Below the pieces are notes generated by a model, which was given only the letters and a program-made list of their open reading frames with translations, was not told the origin of the DNA and ran no database searches. Of a stretch of DNA of 64,000 nucleotides, positions 59,045-64,000 are shown piece after piece. Source of the DNA: an uncultured Hyphomicrobiales bacterium (GTDB lineage: Bacteria; Bacteroidota; Ignavibacteria; Kapaibacteriales; UBA2268); contig CAZSHX010000004.1 in NCBI GenBank assembly GCA_964606895.1, positions 26,789-90,788 on the forward strand, given 5' to 3'. The position numbers and the translations under genes are program-made. Position 1 is the stretch's first letter, and every line of letters begins with the position of its first letter.

Positions 59045-60463
59045 ATGACAATAAAAAAGAAAATTCTTTTATCAATATTTCTACTTTTTTTCTTTGTTAT
59101 GGAGGATAATTCCTCTGTCCTCTTTGGTGCTTATCCGCCCGAAGTGGAAGAAAGAATTAAACAGGTAGAAGCTAATTTATCTAACGGCCTTCGTGATACA
59201 TTAAAATGGTCTTTGGATAAGCGGATGTATTATTACAATATGCAAGGGCTGAGCATTGCTGTTGTTCACAATTATGAAATTGAATGGGCAAAAGGTTATG
59301 GTTGGGCAGACAAAGCAGATAAACGTCCTGTAACTCCCGAAACTCTTTTTCAGGCGGCATCTGTGAGCAAGTCATTAAATGCTGTCGGGGTTATGAAATT
59401 AGTTCAGGAAAATCAGTTGGACCTGTATTCTGATATCAATAATTTTCTGACTTTATGGAAATTTCCCTACGATTCATTGGCAAAGAACAAGAAGATTTCG
59501 ATTGCAAATCTATTGAGTCATACTGCAGGACTGGGGATTCATGGTTTTGTCGGGTATAAATTACAGGATACTTTACCAACTATTCCCCAAATTCTTGATG
59601 GAAAGAAACCTGCTAATACTCCACCGGTAAGATCCGAGTTCGAACCCGGCATCAAATATCAGTATTCCGGGGGTGGCGTGATGATTTCCCAGCAGATTGT
59701 CATGGAAACTACAAAGCTTCCTTATGAACAATATATGCAAGAGAATGTACTCAACCCAATGGGTATGACAAGTAGTTTTTACAATCAACCGCCGCCATCA
59801 GATAGACTTAAATCCCTGGCAACTGCATATTATCAGAGCACTCCGCTTGAGGGGAACTATGTTATATATCCTGAGCAAGCCGCCGCAGGTTTATGGACTA
59901 CCCCAACTGATTTGTGCAAATTTATTATTGAAATTCAATTGTCGTTGCAAGGTAAATCAAATAAGGTATTGTCAAAGGAAACTGCACAGAAGATGCTAAC
60001 TCCATATATTGATAAGGTTGCGGCTCTTGGAGTTTTTATTGATAACAACGGAATTGCAAAATATTTTATGCATTCCGGAGCTAACGATGGATTCAGGTCG
60101 CTCTATTATGGAAGTCTTGAAGACGGTAACGGAGTGGCAATGATGGTAAATTCATACAATAGCAACATAATGTATGAACTTCTTAATAGTGTTCTTAATG
60201 TTTATCAATGGAAAGGTTACTACAAACCAACCGAGATTACAGAATTTCCAATTGAAAAAGTTAATCCGATTGTGCCGAATCCTGCAACTGATTTCATAGA
60301 ATTAATTGAGGATATTGGTAACGGGCGAATTGAGATTTTCAATTCAATCGGTGTGCGAATTATGAATTTCGACAAAACAAACAAAATAGATGTTAGTATG
60401 CTTTCTGATGGGCTGTATTTTCTTCGGGCAGGAGACAAAGTTTATAGTTTCATCAAAAAATGA
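59045..60463 (+). CDS. Beta-lactamase/transpeptidase-fold serine hydrolase (class C / PBP-like) with a T9SS C-terminal sorting domain
   Basis: Signal peptide. The catalytic SxxK is present in FQAASVSKSLNAVGVMKLV, with YSGGG nearby. C-terminal IVPNPATDFIELIED...GLYFLRAGDKVYSFIKK. Confidence 0.65.
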   Translation: MTIKKKILLSIFLLFFFVMEDNSSVLFGAYPPEVEERIKQVEANLSNGLRDTLKWSLDKRMYYYNMQGLSIAVVHNYEIEWAKGYGWADKADKRPVTPETLFQAASVSKSLNAVGVMKLVQENQLDLYSDINNFLTLWKFPYDSLAKNKKISIANLLSHTAGLGIHGFVGYKLQDTLPTIPQILDGKKPANTPPVRSEFEPGIKYQYSGGGVMISQQIVMETTKLPYEQYMQENVLNPMGMTSSFYNQPPPSDRLKSLATAYYQSTPLEGNYVIYPEQAAAGLWTTPTDLCKFIIEIQLSLQGKSNKVLSKETAQKMLTPYIDKVAALGVFIDNNGIAKYFMHSGANDGFRSLYYGSLEDGNGVAMMVNSYNSNIMYELLNSVLNVYQWKGYYKPTEITEFPIEKVNPIVPNPATDFIELIEDIGNGRIEIFNSIGVRIMNFDKTNKIDVSMLSDGLYFLRAGDKVYSFIKK

Positions 60464-60508
60464 TGCTGAGTTTTAAAAGAATATTTTTAAAATAAATATG
60501 GATAAATA

Positions 60509-61402
60509 ATGAAAAAATTGATACTTCTAATAGGGATTTTCTTGTGTGTGAATGTGCTCTATTCTGCAAATCCGTTAATTAAATTCTACCTAAAAGATGC
60601 TACTTTCAAATCCTATGATATAGATAATATTAATGTGATGAGTTTAGTTAAAATTCAAAACAATTCAACCATGAAAATCTATTATCAAAAATCTCAATCC
60701 GTGTCTTATGCTTCAAAAGACATCGACTCGATAAGATTTGAAAAAACCGACAATCTGATTGTTTACATTAATGGTGTTCAACCTACTAAGTATGAATTAG
60801 CTGAAATTGACAGCATTCTTTTTCTGCCTTCATCAGCTAATGAATCTGTCGTAATTGGGGGACAGGTGTGGATGCTGAAAAATCTGGATGTATCGGAATA
60901 CCGCAATGGAGACCCAATCCCGGAATGCACCGACTCTGCAACATGGATGACTCTAAAGACAGGTGCATGGTGCTATTACAACAATGATCCCGCAAATAAT
61001 ACAGTTTATGGAAAGCTTTACAACTGGTATGCAATAAATGATCCAAGAGGCATAGCCCCTGTTGGCTGGCGTGTGGGAAACGATTCCGACTGGACAGTAT
61101 TAACAGATTTTGTTAAAGGTGAAATTAACGGCGGAGGTAAGTTGAAAGAAGCCGGTACGAGTCATTGGTCGGCTCCGAACACGAGTGCAACTAACGAAAG
61201 CGGTTTTACGGCACTTCCCGGAGGCTACCGTATTGGTAATGGTTTTGGCAGAATAAAGGATGCCGCAGCATTTTGGATGGCTACCGAAGTGGATAATGAT
61301 AATGCATGGTCAAGATACTTGTTCTCATTTAAAGCCAGTATTTCGAAAAATCCGAATTACAAAGGAACAGGTTTTTCGGTAAGGTGTATCAAGGATGAAT
61401 AG
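60509..61402 (+). CDS. Secreted FISUMP-domain protein with three N-terminal short repeats
   Basis: 297 aa. Signal peptide. Repeats LIKFYLKDATFKSYDIDNINVMSLVKI / MKIYYQKSQSVSYASKDIDSIRFE / LIVYINGVQPTKYELAEIDSILFL. Then VIGGQVWMLKNLD...AWCYYNNDPANNTVYGKLYNWYAIND...VGWRV..DSDW..L...GGKLKEAGTSHW...ESGFTALPGGYRIG. Confidence 0.7.
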   Translation: MKKLILLIGIFLCVNVLYSANPLIKFYLKDATFKSYDIDNINVMSLVKIQNNSTMKIYYQKSQSVSYASKDIDSIRFEKTDNLIVYINGVQPTKYELAEIDSILFLPSSANESVVIGGQVWMLKNLDVSEYRNGDPIPECTDSATWMTLKTGAWCYYNNDPANNTVYGKLYNWYAINDPRGIAPVGWRVGNDSDWTVLTDFVKGEINGGGKLKEAGTSHWSAPNTSATNESGFTALPGGYRIGNGFGRIKDAAAFWMATEVDNDNAWSRYLFSFKASISKNPNYKGTGFSVRCIKDE

Positions 61403-61446
61403 ATTACTCCCCGAAGCAAAATATTGTAATAGTTATATAAAACAAA

Positions 61447-61478
61447 AAAGCAGGTTTGAAACTTGCTTTTTTTTTATT
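61447..61478 (+). terminator. Rho-independent terminator after the FISUMP gene
   Basis: aagcagg-tttgaaa-cttgctt (one G.U pair) followed by T9. Confidence 0.55.
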
Positions 61479-61576
61479 CCTTCAAATTTCAAATTGAAAA
61501 AGGCAAACCGTAGTCTGCCTTTTCGAAATCAGGAATGGGAGGGTAGTTAAGGGATGCACCGAAAAAGTAAAACTTA

Positions 61577-61930
61577 TCAATAATTTAGCTGGTACCCATA
61601 GTTGATTTCAAATATGTTGGAAGGTAAACTTTTGCGATCTTCAATTTGGGCAATTATTCTGAATTTTATAGGGATGCCGTTCCTGTGCCCTGTGTACAGA
61701 TAGCTGGGACGCGAAACTCTGTCCAGCTCCAGCCAATTTAAGGAGTTGCTGGCTTGAATTTCGATAACGTATTCGGTTTCATACGGATTCCCGTTACGGT
61801 TCCAGGATAGCCTGATTTCACCGCCGATTAGGATTTCTCCGAATAATTGAACCGGTATTCTCGGTATAAAGTCGGGCAGTGTCCTGCTTGGGAAAATGCC
61901 CTGCATCGTATTCATCATTGTCGCTACCAT
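61577..61930 (-). CDS. Hypothetical small protein (possible Ig/FN3-like fold)
   Basis: 117 aa. GEIRLSWNRNGNPYETEYVIEIQASNSLNWLELD. No recognisable catalytic motifs. Confidence 0.35.
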   Translation of the reverse strand: MVATMMNTMQGIFPSRTLPDFIPRIPVQLFGEILIGGEIRLSWNRNGNPYETEYVIEIQASNSLNWLELDRVSRPSYLYTGHRNGIPIKFRIIAQIEDRKSLPSNIFEINYGYQLNY

Positions 61931-62167
61931 ATTTGCCTCCGCAAATTTTTCTTAAGTTCATTTTTACTTACAACAAATATAACGTATTTATATATATAGT
62001 AGTTGTCATTGGAGTTACTAATCTGAAGTCAATAAAACTCACAAAATTCAATCAAACTTTTTACTATAAAACGATATGTATATTGAAAATCAAAAATTTA
62101 TCTTTCTTTATAAAAGAAATAAGTTGTAAATTTGTGATGATATAGAAGATTAACTAAAAAATGATTT

Positions 62168-64000
62168 ATGAAAACGAAATTTTTTACTTGTATTGTCATT
62201 CTGATTTTTGTTTCGTGTGGTGCTGTTTTCTCCCAGACAGTCAATTTTGATTCTTTGAAAAAGGAAATCAATCAGACAACTGATGAGAAAAACAAAGCAA
62301 AACTACTCAATAAAATCGGACATCTCTATCATGCCGTCAATCCTCAGGAGGGCATGGCTTTAGCACGTCAGGCATTGAACCTTGCCCACAAAATTGATTT
62401 GAAAATCGAAATTGCAAATGCCTATCTTGTTTTGGGTGAATGCTACTACATTTTGAGTGATTATCCCAAATCAATTGATAACTACCAGAAGGCTCTCAAA
62501 ATTCACGAGGAAAACGGGCACGACAAAGGTATTGCCACAAGCCTTATCAACATTGCAGTTATCTACGAAGCACAGCAGAATTTTCCGAAAGCTACCGAAT
62601 ACTATAAAAAGGCATTGAATATTTACGAGAAAATGCAGGATATAGCAGGAATGGCATTGATTCAGGGTAACCTGGGAATCCTTTACGGAAGTCAGGGAAA
62701 TGATGCCCAGGCTTTGCAGTATTTCCAGAAAGCCCTTGAAATGTACGAAAAATTAGCCGACAAAGAGGGAATTGCCCGAAATTTAGTAAATTTGGGCGAA
62801 ATTTATAAAAATGAAAATAACTTTCAGAAAGCTTTGGATTACTACAATAAAGCTCTGAAGATGAACCTCGAACTTTCGGACAAAAGAGGTTTGGCGATTA
62901 TTTATCTGAACATAGGTGAAACTTTCAGCAAGCAGAAAAAGTTCAAGGATGCAAACGAGTATTTCGAAAAGTCTTTGGTGGCATCCAAAGAACTGGATTA
63001 CAAAGAAGCCATGATTTATGCCTACAAGAACCTCTCCGACGGCTATACAGGTCTTGGAGAATATAAAAATGCTCTGGATTATTACAGCAAATATGTGAAG
63101 CTGAAAGACTCAGTTTTCAGCGAAGAAAACGAAAGAAAAATTTCAAATTTAACAGCAAGCTATCTTGCCGAAAAGCAGGAGAAAGAAAACGAAGCCCTTC
63201 GCGAAAAGAATAATTTGCAGATGAAGTATTTCTTCGTGATTCTGATTTTGATTTTTGTTATCTTTATTTTTATGTATCTGAGGTACAGAATCAAGCAGAA
63301 GTCGTTGAAACTGATAACCGAAAAGAATTTTCAAATCGAGCATGCCAACTCCGAGCTCGAAAATCTTAACCATGAACTTTCCGAAACAAATGCTTCCAAG
63401 GATAAATTCTTTCAAATCATTTCTCATGAGCTGATGAATCCTATCCGATGGATGAGCAACGTGGCAGAAATGCTTCCAAAGAGAATTAACTCGATGAGTC
63501 CGCAGGAACTCAAAGAGCTTGCCGATGTTCTAAGCCAGACCACATCCCAATCGAACAAACTTCTGGAAAATCTTCTCCATTGGGCAAGACTGCACACAGG
63601 AAGAGTTGATTTCAGTCCGCAGACAATCAATCTGCTTGAAATTGTTAACGAGATTTTGTCATTGGTCGAACCACAGGTGAACGACAAAAAGCAAAGCGTT
63701 GATGTTGATATTCCCGAGAGTACGGTTGTTTTTGCAGATAGAAACATGCTTGGTGCAATTCTGAGGAATTTGATTGAGAATGCTGTCAAATTCACAAATC
63801 TGAATGGCATCATAACTATTAAAGCCGAAACCGATGCAAAACGCGTAAATATTTCAATCGGTGACAACGGAATCGGCATTTCTGCAAACAATCTGGAAAA
63901 GCTTTTCAGGATAGATATTCACCACACAACCACAGGAACAGCCAAGGAAAAAGGAACAGGATTCGGGCTGATTCTCTGCAAGGAATATATTGAAAAGCAT
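62168..64000 (+). CDS. TPR-repeat sensor histidine kinase (5' portion; the gene continues beyond the window)
   Basis: ATG at 62168: MKTKFFTCIVILIFVSCGAVFSQ signal. About eight TPR units (AxxYxxLGxxY, ALxxYxKAL). A single TM (YFFVILILIFVIFIFMYL). A coiled coil. HisKA H-box FFQIISHELMNPI. HATPase N-box (IENAVKF) and G-box (DNGIGI, GTGFGL). It is open to the window end. The minus-strand ORFs 63149..63891 in the track are the spurious opposite strand. Confidence 0.8.
   Translation, partial: MKTKFFTCIVILIFVSCGAVFSQTVNFDSLKKEINQTTDEKNKAKLLNKIGHLYHAVNPQEGMALARQALNLAHKIDLKIEIANAYLVLGECYYILSDYPKSIDNYQKALKIHEENGHDKGIATSLINIAVIYEAQQNFPKATEYYKKALNIYEKMQDIAGMALIQGNLGILYGSQGNDAQALQYFQKALEMYEKLADKEGIARNLVNLGEIYKNENNFQKALDYYNKALKMNLELSDKRGLAIIYLNIGETFSKQKKFKDANEYFEKSLVASKELDYKEAMIYAYKNLSDGYTGLGEYKNALDYYSKYVKLKDSVFSEENERKISNLTASYLAEKQEKENEALREKNNLQMKYFFVILILIFVIFIFMYLRYRIKQKSLKLITEKNFQIEHANSELENLNHELSETNASKDKFFQIISHELMNPIRWMSNVAEMLPKRINSMSPQELKELADVLSQTTSQSNKLLENLLHWARLHTGRVDFSPQTINLLEIVNEILSLVEPQVNDKKQSVDVDIPESTVVFADRNMLGAILRNLIENAVKFTNLNGIITIKAETDAKRVNISIGDNGIGISANNLEKLFRIDIHHTTTGTAKEKGTGFGLILCKEYIEKH

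Noticed and set aside
58330-61402. A diversity-generating retroelement acting on the FISUMP (C-type-lectin-like) domains.
   Set aside because: No reverse transcriptase gene is present in the window. The two FISUMP domains differ at the DNA level throughout and not preferentially at adenines. No template-repeat-like near-copy of either C-terminus exists in the window.
1-64000. CRISPR arrays, insertion sequences, integrases, prophage modules and toxin-antitoxin pairs.
   Set aside because: No evenly spaced direct repeats, transposase or integrase motifs, or phage structural genes were seen in any frame.

Overview
This is a 64 kb, low-GC, densely coding bacterial window. It contains no tRNA or rRNA genes, CRISPR arrays, transposases or integrases. 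The gene content looks like a member of the Fibrobacteres-Chlorobi-Bacteroidetes group, Bacteroidetes- or Ignavibacteria-like. The reasons are at least eight proteins ending in a type-A type IX secretion (T9SS) C-terminal sorting domain, two proteins with the Fibrobacter succinogenes major paralogous (FISUMP) domain, and a LytS-type kinase.

Housekeeping genes present are lepA, murG (outside a cell-wall synthesis cluster), ssb, the conserved rpmH-rnpA-yidD-yidC block, a C-terminal processing protease, an Omp85 (BamA/TamA-like) protein, dTDP-4-dehydrorhamnose reductase (rmlD), and a tripartite RND efflux operon. The 52-aa rpmH is missing from the ORF track.

The accessory content is the more interesting part:
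1. A minus-strand operon-like run at 1..7713. It holds a T9SS-secreted beta-propeller protein, three tandem paralogous membrane proteins that resemble TMTC-like GT-C glycosyltransferases with TPR tails, and a partial family 2 glycosyltransferase (GT2) at the left edge. This is a candidate protein O-glycosylation module. A DPM1-like GT2 + DUF2304 + phosphomannose isomerase cluster elsewhere in the window could supply lipid-linked sugar donors.
2. A 1449-aa fusion of a double BadF/HgdC-type activase with an HgdB-like dehydratase component.
3. A rubrerythrin with a Sec signal peptide, next to a DUF2231 membrane protein.
4. A tandem array of three small secreted paralogs with near-identical 5' DNA. 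One copy carries an in-frame TAA.
5. A T9SS cargo island at 49145..61402. It contains the two FISUMP proteins, which carry a roughly 28-aa N-terminal repeat that also occurs in a small T9SS protein, an 8 x 81-aa IPT/TIG repeat array, and a beta-lactamase-fold hydrolase with a T9SS tail.
6. Three sensor histidine kinases with no response regulator in the window.
7. Several strong palindromes and hairpins in intergenic regions.

All calls are based on motifs read directly from the translations. No database searches were run.
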